Source: Azolla caroliniana
Lineage: Eukaryota; Plantae; Polypodiophyta
Assembly: GCA_043228905.1 (NCBI GenBank)
Contig: JBHGNT010000001.1
Location: 14,818,001 to 14,882,000, forward strand
Direction of reading: 5' to 3'
DNA length: 64,000 bases
Shown here: positions 33,883-48,102 of the stretch, piece after piece
Layout: each line of letters opens with the position of its first letter
How positions within the stretch are numbered: the stretch's first letter is position 1
The notes under the pieces: generated by a model
Database searches by the model: none
Seen by the model: the letters and a program-made list of their open reading frames with translations, nothing else
Told to the model about the DNA's origin: nothing
Program-made: the position numbers and the translations under genes

Positions 33883-35034
33883 CTCCTCTATGGTCACGTT
33901 GATGAAGGCGAGAGAGTTGCAAATCTCCTTGATTCGGGCTACTTAATCGGCCACAGACAGATCTTTCTGCTAGACATTGTTAAGCTCTTGCTTGAGTTGC
34001 AGCTTCCTAACCATTGTGCTAGCGACGAAAATCCTTTTAAGATTCGTCCATGCATCTTTTGGCGACTTGGCATCCCGGATGTAGCTCAATAGTTGATCTT
34101 TAACACTGAATGCGAAATAGTACATTACTGTACTTGCCACCTACTCCTAGGCTAGAAAGTCCCTGTGTGTCGCATCCGGTGCTGCTTCATTTGCTCTTTC
34201 GACGTAGGTCTAGTATCCATGCCCAAGCAAGTACTAGTGCATCTTGTAGGACCAATATTTGTAGTTGCTCCTATCGAGCTTTTCTGTCAGAAGTGAGCTT
34301 CCCATACCTCTGTCCATGTTCCTATTGTTTGGGAGAAAACTCTTTGTCTCTATGGTAAAATCGTTTGTTGGCAATAGAGGATGTTCAACCCTCGCATTCT
34401 CATACCATGTAAAAGAATACGTCTGGAAGCTTATGCGAAGCACAAAACACAATCGATTATCCGAAATGTAACAATTAGGTATACGTAGAGAATGGAGATA
34501 CACCGTGAGAAAGAGAGAGAGAGAGAGAGAGACTGAGTGAGCAAACACACAAAATTTCTATTATCAAAAGACTCAGTACATGCAATGTGCTTAGTGAGCA
34601 CTATATATATACAAGTCCTCAGATTACTGACAAAAGTACTGACAGGGACTTCAATGCTCATAAATGAGCTACTGATGTTGACTCCCAAAAATATTCCTTT
34701 GAGGAATATCGGTTCAAATGGCCTATCAGTTTCTCACCGATTTGGCCTAGGAGATTGGTATCCATCCGATCCAATTCTCGGCTTCCTCAACAGATTCGGC
34801 CCAAGTTGAGCTTGCTCGCTCAACACTCCAGTCGAGCTTTCTGTCGAAAATGAGCTTTCCATGCCTATGCCCATGTTTCTATATTTTCTTCTCTTGAAGA
34901 CTTGTCTCTATGATTGATCATGTGTCAGGCACAAAGGATTTTCAGCCGATTTGGGCCTAGCTGATTGATCTATGTCCAATCCAGCTTCCGGCTTATTCAG
35001 TCGATCAGTCCATGTTAAGCTTGTCCGCTCAACA
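33883..35034 (-). mobile_element. Two further head-to-tail truncated Copia-B units (gag fragment 33890-34330, PBS 34395-34407, LTR 34408-34825, short gag start, LTR fragment ~34944-35034)
   Basis: The gag N-terminus EKLDRSNY recurs three times. LTR starts (rc of GCTTG..CGCT(C/G)AACA) end at 33882, 34825 and 35034. Confidence 0.75.
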
Positions 35035-37519
35035 AGATTAGTCATCACTCGTAACAATGGCGTCTGACCCTATAAACACCAATCAATCCACGATTTTTCT
35101 CTTGTTTGTAAAGGTAAAGAACCCCACATCAATGCAATATTTTGTAGTTGTTGCCAAATTAACCCATAATTAGGTAGGATGCGTAATAATTGTCACACTT
35201 CGACAAACTCCAAAATTCTTTGAGATGTTATATCTCCCACCTCTTTGATCCCCAAATGAAACAAACGATTAAATTGAGAGTGCAACCTCTCCTTTCTTGG
35301 CCAACATAATAACCAAGAAGACACAAGTAACTCTTTTTGCAAAAATTTACAATGATCCGTATTAGGTGATGGTTTCCATACACATAAAAAGAGAGCTTCT
35401 TTCCATGAGATAACCAAGTGTTGAACACATGAAGAGCCCAGAATCTTAAGTGAAATACATCCATTTAGTAATTGCCACCATGAAGCATTAATCATTGTCC
35501 TCCCATGTGTTAAACCCTTGTTCTCAATGAAATATTGAACAATAGATATCCATGGTTGTGATTTTGAACACATTTCTTGTAATAATGAAAATCTACAAGC
35601 CATCATAGGCATAGATAAGTCCAATATTCCAGTTGCCCCCAATCCTTTAGGGGTTGCTAAATGATTCCACGCAACCCGTGTGATTCCCATCTTATCCCTC
35701 TTCTTCCACAACAAGTATCGAAGAGGTTGCAAAACAAAATGCAAAGCCTTCTTTGTCCATGGCAATAATGGCAAGTAATATAATATCATGGGTTCCATAA
35801 TACATTGTACAACCTTCAAGCGTATAGGAAATGGCCAAGTTTGTGACTTCCAATACATGAACTTACCCCTTAACTTACTGTACATACATTCAATCAATTG
35901 ACCATTTGTAAAATTCATTCCCAATGGATACCCGAATAATAAAAAAATGGAGCGCTTCTTCATCACGGATCCTTGTCATCCTAAACATTCCAAATCCCTT
36001 TCAGTACTTGATATGAGACTAGACTTCCTCCAATTAATATGTAATCCAGAAGCCAATGCAAATTGGTTCCATACAAGCATCCCCTTCTCAAGAGTCTCTT
36101 GTGAGGCTTGTAGAAACATGAAAGAATCATTTGCCAAAGCTTATGCTACTAGTTGCCCTCCATACAAAAGGTGTAAACCCACAATGTCACGATTTGTTGC
36201 AAGCCTTGATAACATCACTAACAAGGGATGAGTAACAATAGCAAAAAACAATGGGCTAAGTGGGCATCCTTGACAAATAGATCTTGTGAGGGCAATATCT
36301 GATGTAACTCCCCTATAAAGCATTACTTGAGACACGCATCTTGTCCTAATAAAAATATGAGGTAAGACATATGTAGTCCAAAGCCCATTTTATGCATTAA
36401 CCCAAAAGAAAAGGACCAATTAACATGATCATAAGCTTTCTCCAAATCTAATTGCACTATAATCAATTCTTGATGAGTTTTTCCTGCATAATCCATGACC
36501 ATTTCAACATTCAACATATTATGCAATATATTCCTACTTGCAATAAAACCATATTGGGCAAGACGTATCAACTATGGCAAATAATTTTGTAATCTATTTG
36601 CCAAGACCTTTGTACATATCTTATACAACCACCCCATAAAAGAAATAGGTCTCCTTTGATGAAATGACTCAAGAGATGCCACATTCGAAACTAATTTAAT
36701 TAGACTAACCTTTCAAGCTTAAGGCATACAACCAGAATCCCAAAAATGTTAAAACATCAAAGTTAAGGGCCCCTTTAAAAGGTTCGAATATTGCTTAAAG
36801 ACTTCGTTTGTCAAACCATTCCAACTAGGGCTCTTACCACTAGGAAGATGCCTTAAAACCGTGTCAACCTCATCCTCAATGAAAATCCACATCCGAGTCA
36901 TGACTAATAAAGTTGTGCACAATACATCCAACCACATCATAAAACTCATGTCGTGCTCTACTCACCTCATTTGCCATTAACAATGTGGGTCAATCAACTC
37001 TTTAAAGTAATGAATACATATGTCAATTATTGTAGCAGGATCCACTACAAATTCATCCCCTTGCTTCACATATACCACATTAGATCGAGCCTAAGTAGGA
37101 TGTAACGCTTGGAAAACCAAATGAGATTGACATTGATTATTTATGAGCCCATCCCTGAGTTATCGCATCTTAGCATAATGATAATGTGAAAGTGTTTTTA
37201 GAATTCAAGCCATTGAACACTAGAAGAATATAAGGTATGAAGCATTCACATTTGGAGAGCAAGAACACGAATTAAGATCTTCTGGAGAAGTCAAACTAAA
37301 AGCAAGAGACAAGGACAAAAATAAAAGGAGAAAAGGCGGGCCACCTAAAAACAGTTTGAAAAGAACGGTCACAGCTCTATCGTTTCAAACCCAAATATCA
37401 TGTTCAAATATGGATTGAAAGCTCGTGAAGAGAGCTATCTTTAGAATTTTATATCTCTAATTTGGAGCTTTGATGAGGGAGATATGATGATGAGAAGGTC
37501 ATTGTGTCATAGCTAAAAA

Positions 37520-40500
37520 TGTTGGGAAATCGGTCTCTCCAGATGGGATCCGATGATGAATAAAGAGGACCCGGTGAGAACCGAAAGAGAAGACATATAT
37601 GTAAATATGTTTTTTGAGTAGGCCTATTGAGGCTATATTTGTAAATAGCCCTAAGTTAATATAAGTATAAATATCACTTAGGGCAATCACTTTGTAAGGT
37701 TGTTGATTATTATTGTTGTAATTGTTGTACAGAAGAGAGCGTTAGAGAGGGAGAGAGAGATACAGAGCGATACTCTGTTGTAACCGCCGACTGGCGAAGA
37801 AACCGAGCTCGAGGTCATTGCCTACGAGTCTCTGATTGTACCCCTTCTCTTCATAGTGGTAGTTTGGAGTCTATGGGCTCTCGTGGTTTTTCCCTATTAG
37901 GGTTTTCCACATAAACATCTTGCGTTCACTCTTTAGTTCTCATTTCAGTGTTCTCCAATCTCATCGAAGTGTCCAAGACTCGGTTGTGGCTGAGCAATAT
38001 TCCGCGTTTTTCTCAACAAATTGGTATCAGAGTGAACAACACGGGAAATGGAAGAATCGTTCGGCAGCATGTTCAAGCTCACCGGCTCCAACTACTCAAT
38101 GTGGAGGTCGAAGATGAGGGATATGCTGATGGTCAAAGATCTTTGGTTGCTGGTTCAGTTCGGGGACAAGAGACCAGATAAGATCGACGCCACAATGTGG
38201 GAGGTGATGCACATGAAGACGATGGCATACATCCGGTGCTTCATCGATATGAGCCTGTACAACAACTTCAATGAAGAGAGCAATGCTCATGAACTCTGGG
38301 AGAAGATCGGCATCATGTTCCAGAACAAGAATGATGTTAATTGGGTTTCGGTATTCCGAAAGCTAGTGAGGATCCGGTATCAGGACGGCTCCAGTATGGC
38401 AGAGCACATGAATGCCTTCCATGGACTGATCCACCAAGCAACCTCGTTGGAAGTACCTCTCGCCGATGAGGTACTCGCATTGCTCCTACTCGGTTCCCTC
38501 CTGGATAGTTGGGAGACATTAGTTGTCACGTTGGGGAACGTCGGGCAGGAAGGAAAACAGTTGTCCCTAGCAAGGGTAAAATCAAGCTTGCTAGATGAAG
38601 AAGCTCACTGGAAGGACCGGGAGTCCGGAACCAATCCGAAGGCCTTGGTCACGGAAAATGACCACAACCGGGGAAGAGTTCGGTATCGGAGTTCCCAAAA
38701 CTGGGACAAATCGAGGACGAGGTCGAAGTCAAGGGGGAGGCCCACATGCTTCTATTGCGGGAAGCCGGGACACTTCCAGAATAACTACCGCCATTTTCGA
38801 AAGGAGAAAGAAACTTGCACTATCGATTCGAAGAAGAGTTCGGACCGAAACAGTTCGAACCAGAGAGGCCCGGATCGGAAAGGAACGTCGGCGATCGCGA
38901 CAAGTGAAGAAGAACTAATGCTCATTAACGAAGAGAATGAGTTAAACCTTGTCGGTGACGAGACAACATGGGTTGTCGATTCCGGAGCGTCGTTCCACCT
39001 GACACCGGACCGGAAATGCTTCTCATCCTACACAGTCGGTGATCATGGTTGTGTCCGAATGGGGAATGAAGGTACATGCCGAATTGTCGGCATAGGAGAT
39101 GTGTTGTTGACGATATCAACCGGATGCAAGTTGTTGTTGAAGGATGTCTAACATGTTCCGGAGGTTTGACTAAACCTAATATCAGCCGGTCGGCTAGATG
39201 ATGAAGGCTACATGGGTAGCATCCGGAACGGAGTTATGAAGTTCAGCAAGGGAAGCTTGATAGTGGCACGAGCCCAGAAGATCAACACATTGTACTTGAT
39301 GAATGCCCAGATATGCCAAGAAGAAGTCAACGTAGCATCTTACACTGCCGGTGAGCTGTGTCCCATGAGTGAGAAGGGGGTGAAGAGGCTAACCGAAGAC
39401 AACCTCATTCCGGTGAAGGACGTGCAACTTGAGAAGTGTACCGATTGCTTGGCCGGCAAGCAAAACTGAACCTCCTTCCTGTCAAGATCACCGATGAGAC
39501 GAAATGCACCACTGGAGCTGGTGCATACCGATGTGTGTCAAGTAGACATGAAGTCACATGCCGGATCGCAGTACTTCATGACATTCATAGATGACCACAG
39601 CCGGAAGCTGTGGCTCTCACCATTGAAGACGAAGGATCATGTGCTATCCATCTTAAAGGAGCTCCACGTGAGAACCGGAAGTTGAAGGTGGTTCAAGCAG
39701 ATAACGGAGGAGAATACCGGGGGCAGTTCAAGGAGTACTACCGGTCGAAGGGAATCCGGCTCGAGTTTATTGTGTTGAAGACGCGGGAACTAAACGGGCT
39801 GGCTAAAAGGATGAACCGTACCATAATGGAGAGAGTCCGGAGCATGCTAGCCCATGCAAAGTTACCCAAGACGTTTTGGGCTGAGGCACTGACGATGGTG
39901 ACCTATGTGATAAATAGATCACCCTCAGCACCCTTGGAAGGAGACTCACCTCAGAAAGTATGGACAGGTAAAGATGTATCTTACCGGCATCTGAAGGTGT
40001 TCGGGTGTCTCGCATATGTGCATGTTGCAAAGGACAAGAGAGCAAAGATGGATCTGAAGTCCAAGCCATGCATATTCCTTGGATACGGCGATGATGAGTT
40101 CAGTTACCAGGTGTGGAATCTGGTTGACAAGAAGGTATTCCGGAGTTGGGACATAGTCTTCATGGAAGACAGGACCATTGCTGACTAGGAGTCGGAGAAG
40201 GTGATGAACTTTGAATCATTCAATGAAAACCGGCTTGAGGACACAAGGACTTACCCGGTTGAAAACCGGATGCTAGCTGATAACCAGATGACACTCGATG
40301 AACCGGCTAGATATGGACAAGAAACTGAACCGACCGAAGAAGAAGAAGAAGAAGAAGAATACACCAGAACCAGACAAGATCCCAAATCGGATTCGGATTC
40401 GGAACAAACGAAGGAACCGGCAGTCAAAAACTAGGGACGAAGGTATCCTCTCCGAGAGAGAAGAGCCCCTCGGAGATTTCCGGATGCAAAGCATGTGTTG

Positions 40501-42676
40501 CTAACCGATGAGGGGGAGCCGGAAAGCTTCGAAGAAGCAAAGAGAGACACCCACGGCCGCAAGTGGTTGAGTGCCATGCAAGATGAGATGGATTCCTTGC
40601 ATGAGAACCACACATATGAATTGACGGAGTTGCCGAAAGGGAAGAGAGCACTCCGGAACAAGTGGGTGTACAAGTTGAAACCGGGAGATGCCGGAAATCC
40701 ACCCAGGTATAAGGCTCGAATCATGGTGAAGGGCTTCCAACAGAAGAAAGGAGTGGATTTCGATGAGATCTTTGCCCCGGTAGTAAAGATGACATCCATC
40801 CGGACGGTATTGGGCATAGCGGCAAGCATGGACCTCGAGGTAGAGCAACTGGACATCAAGACGACATTCCTACATGGCGACCTCGAAGAAGAGATCTACA
40901 TGCATCAACCGGAAGGATTTGAAAGGAAAGGGGAGGAGCACCTGGTGTGCCGATTGAAGAAGAGCCTATACAAACTGAAGCAAGCTCCCGACAATGGTAC
41001 CAGAAGTTCGAGTACTTCATGATCGACCAAGGGTACCACAAGACGCAGGCCGATCACTGCGTGTTTGTGAAGAAATTTGGTGGAGGAGATTTCCTGATAC
41101 TCCTCCTGTATGTGGATGATATGTTGATCATCGAACGAGACCAAGGCAAGTTTTGGATGCTGAAGAAGGCTCTGAACTGGACCTTCTCAATGAAAGACTT
41201 GGGGCTGGCAAGACAGATATTAGGAATGCACATCATGCGAGAAAGGTCAAAGAAGTTGTTGTGGTTGTCACAGGAGAAGTATGTGACAAAGGTGCTTCAA
41301 CGGTTCAACATGTCGGAGGCGAATGTGGTCGGATCGACAATTCCAGCAAACTGCAAGCTATTTGGAAAACAAAACCCAATGACAAAGGAAAAGAAGACAG
41401 ATATGATGAAGATACCATATGCCTCTGCCATCGGGAGCCTGATGTACGCAATGGTATGTACCTAGCCGGATATCGGATATGTAGTCGGAGTGGTGAGCCG
41501 TTTCATGAGCAATCTTGAAAGAGAACATTGGAACGCACTCAAGTGGATACTCCGGTATCTGAAAGGCTCCTCGAGTATATGCCTCCGGTTTGGCTCCGGA
41601 AAACCCCAACTCGATGGTTTCACGGATTCAGATATGTCGGCTGATGCAAATACTAGCCGGTCTACATCCAGATATGTCATGATTTATGCAGGGGGAGTTG
41701 TTTTGTGGCAGTCAAGGCTGCAGAAGACGGTTGCATTGTCAACCACGGAGGCGGAGTACATGGCAGTTGCAGAAGCTGGTAAGGAGATAATCTGGATAAA
41801 GGACTTCATCGGAGAGCTAGGAATCCAACAGGAGGAATACCGGCTCTACTGCGACAATCAAAGTGCCATCCACCTTGCAAAGAATGCAGCCTACCATTCC
41901 CGGACGAAACATATCCAGTGGAGGTACCACTGGATTCGGGAGAGAGTAGAAGATCAAGAGTTTATGTTGATGAAGATCCACACGGAGGAGAACGGGTCGG
42001 ATATGTTGACCAAGGTGTTGACGACTAACAAGTTGGACACGTGTTGAAAGCGGATCGGGCTGACAAGACATCCCATGCTGGAGTGAAGGGGGAGATTGTT
42101 GGGAAATCGGTCTCTCCGGATGGGATCCGATGATGAATAAAGAGGACCCGGTGAGAACCATAAGAGATCCGGAAACCGGAGGAGACCTGGTGAGAACCGG
42201 AAGAGAGCTAGTGAGAACTTGAAGAGAGTCGGTGAGAACCGAAAGAGAAGACATATCTGTAAATATGTTTTCTAAGTAAGCCTATTGAGGCTATATTTGT
42301 AAATAGCCCTAAGTTCATATAAGTATAAATATCACTTAAGGCAATCACTTTGTAAGGTTGTTGATTATTGTTGTTATAACTGTTGTACAAAAGAGAGCGT
42401 CAGAGAGGGAGAGAGAGATACAGAGCAATACTCTGTTGTAACCACTGCCTGGCGAAGAAACCGAGCTCGAGGTGGTTGCCAATGAGACTCTGATTGTACC
42501 CCTTCTCTTCATAGTGATAGTTCGAAGTCTGTGGGCTCCCATGGTTTTTCCCTATTAGGGTTTTCCACGTAAATATCTTGTGTTCACTCTTTAGTTCTCA
42601 TTTCTATGTTCTCCATTCTCATCGAAGTGTCCAAGACTCGGTTGTGTCTGAGCAATATTCCGCGTTTTTCTCGACA
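37520..42676 (+). mobile_element. Copia-D (Tork-like), full-length and decayed; pol closely related to Copia-C
   Basis: TSD AAAAA, with the empty site visible at 44939-44943. LTRs 37520-38018 and 42097-42676. PBS at 38022. Gag-pol remnants 38048-42086. Confidence 0.95.
38048..42086 (+). pseudogene. Copia-D gag-pol with stops and frameshifts
   Basis: ORFs 38048-39151, 39610-40188, 40495-41022, 40947-41465 and 41490-42047 carry canonical Copia motifs. Confidence 0.93.
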
Positions 42677-44496
42677 AAAAATAGGAGATGAAAAACTTCT
42701 TAAAAAAACGTGAAAAAGAGAGGAATGGGGAAGAATAAGAAGATTATAAGAAGTGAGAAGAAGGGGGTATGAGAGAAAGTGGAAAGAGGTGAGAAGAAGA
42801 ATAGGAGGTAAAGAAGGAGATGATGGAAGGATTTTTATGAGTTTGGGTGATAAGAAATCAAGTAGTCCTTCGGTTTTGTAGTTGTATTTGGAGTTTATCT
42901 AGTTTGTATTGTCTCAATAGTTGAATATTATACAATTATTGTCTCCTTCTCGTCTTTTCTCTATCTTTTCTCTATATCCCTATCATTTTGTCACTCCAAG
43001 GAGAGCCGATCTTTTCCGCATCTTGGGAAAATTTATTGTGTCGCAGTATTACGTGGATATGCCTTTTCAATTTGCCTTTGCAGGTGATGGCGTGCAGGAG
43101 CTTTTTTGGCATCCTTCGACCATCATGCGGTTTCAATTGGGAAGGTGAATGACATAGAGAAACTTCCATTGTTGGTGGCAACTTTCTACTCAAGAGCCCG
43201 AGAGTGGTATGAGTCACTACCTCCCAACCAACAAACCAACTACCAACTGCTCATTCAACAATTTCGTAGCAAGTACATCCGACATCATAATGCGATGGAG
43301 GTGCGAGAGGAACTATTCGTGTTGCATATGACAACATCGATGGAGTATTCTGAGTACGAGAGGGTGTTCAAAGAGCTTTGGTCAACATGGATCCGTCTAT
43401 GAGGAGGCGTAGAGGATGAGTGGTTCAAGATGGATCACTTCAAGGCAGGCTTGAATCCTTACTTTGGAATGGAGGCGAATTTGAAGGACCTAACCAATTT
43501 TCAAACTCTTCTACAGGTGTGTCAAATTTATGATAGAAAATTGAAAGTGATGCGGATGGGAGTCGATACAACAGTGGCGATAGCTGGTGCAAATGTGGTG
43601 CCGACTCTAAACGCTCCACATCTCTCCTCTATTGTACATGGAGGACAGGTTTTTCCGAACATATTTAATTCTACTATTACTAACCAAGCTAGTATACCAA
43701 TGATGCAAGATGTAGATGATCCAAGAACTGATGGAAGTTTCCCCAAGCAACTAAACCAATGACTTGACGAGCTAATGAATCAGTTCCATCAAATGCAAGC
43801 TAGTTTCAACACCAACCAAGTTTAAGAGGTGCCACAAGAAAAATAAATTCCGGTTTGTTATTCTTGTGGTGTTGAAGGTCATACTGCTACATGGTGTCCT
43901 TCGAGACAACAAGGAGGTTTAGGACGAGATATCTATCAAGTTCAAGGAGGTTCAAATTCCCCTAACAACCATGTAAATAACAATAATCAAGTTTCTTTTG
44001 ATGGAGGATTGTTGCCAATGGCTTAGGTTCCAACAATACCTCCCAATGTAGATCTTCTTGATTTTACATATGGTATAGACGATGATTGTGATGTTGTTCA
44101 AATCAAGAGAAATCAAGCAACCCATAAGGGCAAACAAGTGGAAGGGGACTCAAGTACCCCTCAAATAAAGAAAAAAGCTAAGGAGTCTAGGGAGTTTAAG
44201 ATGGAGAATCCTTCAAAAAGGCATTGTTCAAGGAGAAAGATCAATATGGAAGACATGCCCATGGGGAAAGGAGTGGAGCCTTTCGACTTCAAGCAAGAGT
44301 TGATTACTAATGGACCCTAGATCACTTGGCTGCAACTTCTTCAACTCTCTCCAAAAATACGGAAGGAATGGAGACGACTAGCGAGTATACGTCAAAGTAC
44401 CAAAACAATGCACTATATGGGGGTTTTTTCTGACATAATAATTTGCTATATTTTTAGTATTTATACTCCTTTTCTATAGCCTACCATAAGGCGGAG

Positions 44497-44558
44497 CTTC
44501 TTTTTTCTTTTTTCTTTTTTCTTTTTTCTTTTTTCTTTTTTCTTTTTTCTTTTTTCTT
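44497..44558. repeat. (CTTTTT/CTTTTTT)n pyrimidine microsatellite
   Basis: Read directly from the sequence. Confidence 0.85.
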
Positions 44559-47513
44559 TAGGCTCACCATAAATGGTTCACTCAACAAGCAAGGGGGAGG
44601 GCTAAATGTGAAAGTGTTTTTAGAATTCAAGCTAATGAACACTAGAAGAATATAAGGTATGAAGAATTCACATTTGGAGGGCAAGAACACAAATCAATAT
44701 CTTAAGGAGAAGTCAAACTAAAAGCAAGAGACACGGAGAATAGTAAAAGGAGAAAATGTGGGCCACCTAAAATCAGTTTGAAAAGAACAATCATAACTCT
44801 TTCGTTTGAAACCCAAATATTATGTTCAAAGATGAATTGGAAGCTCGTGAAGAGAGCTATCTTTAAAAAATTTATATCTCTAAATTTGGAGCTCTGATGA
44901 GGGAGATATGACGATGAGAAGGTCGTTGTGTCATAGCTAAAAATAGGAGATTAAAAACTTCTAAAAAAGCGTTAAAAAGAGAGGAAGGGGGAAGAATAAG
45001 AAGATTATAAGAAGTGAGAAGAAGGGGGATGAGAGAAAGTGAAAAGAGGTGAGAAGAAGAATAGGACGAAAAGAAGGAGATGATGGAAGGATTTTTATGA
45101 GTTTGGGTGATAGGAAATCTAGTTCTTCGGTTTTGTAGTTGTATTTGGAGTTTATCCAGTTTGTATTGTCTCAATAGTAGAATATTATAGAAATCTTGTC
45201 TCTTTCTCATCTCTTCTCTATCTTTTCTTTATATCTCTATCAGATAACTTTGGCATTACAACTGAGAAATAATATCATGCAATTGACTCTAGATATCCAA
45301 AATCTCCTCATCTAATAATGGTGCATGTATCAATAATGCATTATACCTAGAGAGAACTTGACATGATAATTGTCGAAGAAGACGTCGTCTTCATTGGGCA
45401 ATAGTTACCCCATACATATGACGAAATAATCTTAATGTTTCGTAAAGTGGTATCCTGTTCTTTAACTCCTTTAAGATTTACTTGTTGTGAAAAATTCACC
45501 AAAATTTGCTCCATGAGAGAATCAAAGTGAGGTTGAAGCAAAAGAGAAGAGTTCAAGCATAATGTGGGCTTTCCAAGTAAGGATCTATACATGTCAATTG
45601 CATGACTACAAACCTCTAAATAAATAGGAAAGTGATCTGAAGTTCCTACATCTTGTAGAATTGTCATACGAAGTGATGTCGATAAAAAAGAATCATCGTG
45701 CATCACATACATTCTTTTTAATTGACTCCATGTCTGTCTATGTTTAGCAGATTGGAAGGTAAAACCTAGATCATTCCCATGCAACCATGTCCAAACATCC
45801 AACTTCAACACCTCCATAGGTAATGAAACCCAAGCAACTTGCTCAGAATCATCCATGATTGAATGTTTAGACGTATATTGAGATGCATCAACACACATGT
45901 TAAAATCACCCATATGTGAGCCCCATAATTCAACATGTTCAGTGGCTTGGTTAGGGGAATAAATCCCAACCAACCACACAACTTGGCCAAGAAAAGTTAT
46001 TTCTATAACCAAAACCGACCATAAGGATCATTATGCACAACTTGAGGATAATATTTTATCCCACACAATTAATACCACACCTAAAAAATGATTACTAAGA
46101 TGTCCTACATAGAATTATAAATATCCACACAAATGAACTATAGATCTTGCTAACTCGTGACACTTATTCTGAACTGCACATAATATATCTCATTCTCCAC
46201 TTAACCAAGTTTCCCATAATATATGCTTAATATGAGGAGAGCATGCCCCTCTCACATTCCATGTTACCACTTTCATTCAATCAACAATGTTATGGGAGCA
46301 CTTACTCTTTTAGAGCAACCAATGTCATGAAACTCGTCAAAGCTTGTTCCAATGCTGCATATGGATTTTCATGCACCACATCCTTAGGGCCATCTATTGA
46401 AATCTTTTGTTTAGGTCCTCCCGCTTGACAAAAATCTTGAGAATTCACTGAATTTACAACTCGTCCCAATAAATCAAATTGAAGTTGAAGAGGTAATCCC
46501 TTATCCCTAAATTGTTGTTGCCAAGGAACTTTCCGAGGACCCTCCCGAGTTAGTGAATTACCTTCCCAAAAAGTCTCACAAGCAGTGGGCAGACTATTAG
46601 GTTGCATATTCATTAATTTCCCCTTCGACTTTCCCTTTACATGATGCTAATCTTTATCAACAACATCAATACCAGTCATATTCAATGGTTTTTCCCCCTT
46701 ATCTTTAAGCACTAAACTTTGATTGTCCATACCCATAGATTGAGTTCCCTTATTCTTAGGGCCCAAACCTTGAAGTGAGGCCTCTTTATCACCAACTCTA
46801 GAAGATGTTCCTTCATACATAACAACCACAATATCTGACACTCCAACATCTCTCTCAACTCCTTCCTTACCATTCTCTTCGTTAGGAACCTCCAAATTTG
46901 AAGGACAATGGCGATGGCATTCCGCCATAAAGTGACCCCATTCACCACATCCAAAACAATGACATGCAAATGTTTCCCACTTCAATTTAAAACAAAGTCT
47001 TTTCATACTAGGTGTGTTCATACGCACCCATCCTGACGTCTTATGACTTGTATCCCATAACACACAAAATCAGCACTTATTTGTAGCATTTGCATGTGGA
47101 GATACCAACACTTTACTCATTTAACTCATTAACTCTAGTAAATGTGGCCATAAAAACACATGTTTACAATCCATTGTTACCCAAACAGGGCAATCTTGTT
47201 TCAACAAAGCATGATAGTCCACTACGGGGACCATTGCATTACATGCACGAATCGTTTATTAAGTTTCCACGTCATACACATCCTCATCAATGCATTCTTT
47301 TGTTGCATTTTCATTTTCTTCCACAATATCAAACAACAAGGTATTGGCAATTCCCATAAATTATCCCAATTAGGATGATTCTTGTATTGCTTAGGCATAT
47401 GTCAATTTCTTCTCATTCATTTCCTCAATACCTTTAAATCTCTTAGAGCTTCCAAATTCTACGATTACACTCAATCATTACATTACACTTTATTGGATTG
47501 ATGGTGCCCATAT

Positions 47514-47516
<3 letters not shown>

Positions 47517-47555
<39 letters not shown>
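47517..47555. repeat. (TC)n microsatellite
   Basis: Read directly from the sequence. Confidence 0.9.
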
Positions 47556-47556
<1 letters not shown>

Positions 47557-48102
47557 GCAATATGTAAGTTTCTTTTCTTAAAGGTCCTAATACACTTGGA
47601 GATAAGCATTCTCTTTCTCACCTCATTTTGAGTGTGCTTTGTTATTTCTCTTTCTCGACCCACGATTAATTTTAAAAGGTGTAAAAACATGTCAGTTTGG
47701 AATTAGGGAAATGTACCAAGATATGCCTAATGTTGTTAGGGTTAGAAATTTAAAAAGCATGCTTGCTTATTGTTGGAGATTGATTACAACTTTGATACAC
47801 TTGTTCAAGCCCTTACACACCTCAAAACTACCTAACCAAGTGGGGTTAAGGAAGATTGGTTCATGGTGGCTTGCCTAATGAGCCACCCAAAGGCCGGGCC
47901 TCTCCATTAAGCAAGAGGGAGGCTTCGAAAAGGAGTGTACTGAGATCGATTGATTGTAAATCTAGTTTTAATGCTTGATTTATTCACAGCCAACAACACA
48001 ACCACATATGAGCTCTCATTCATTATAACAATAGTTACCCAATTCATGTATTACATATATAAAGATAGATATGCATATTCATTCAACTTGGAGTGTCATT
48101 TT

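Larger units (their letters stand above)
37185..45242 (+). mobile_element. Non-autonomous gag-only Gypsy-type LTR element (pol absent)
   Basis: TSD GATAA (37180-37184 / 45243-45247). LTRs 37185-42985 (split by Copia-D) and 44607-45242. PPT AAGGGGGAGGG. Gag motifs AREWYESLP..FRSKY, CYSCGVEGHTATWC, ITWLQLLQLSP. Confidence 0.88.
35060..47100 (-). mobile_element. L1-clade LINE, decayed (ORF1 zinc knuckle ~46650-47090, endonuclease ~45340-46250, RT ~35190-37180), split by the 37185-45242 LTR element
   Basis: ORF1 CHCFGCGEWGHFMAEC; EN GIYSPN..GDFN..SDHFPI; RT LDLEKAYDHVNW, SICQGCPLSPLFF, PKGLGATG. Confidence 0.85.
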
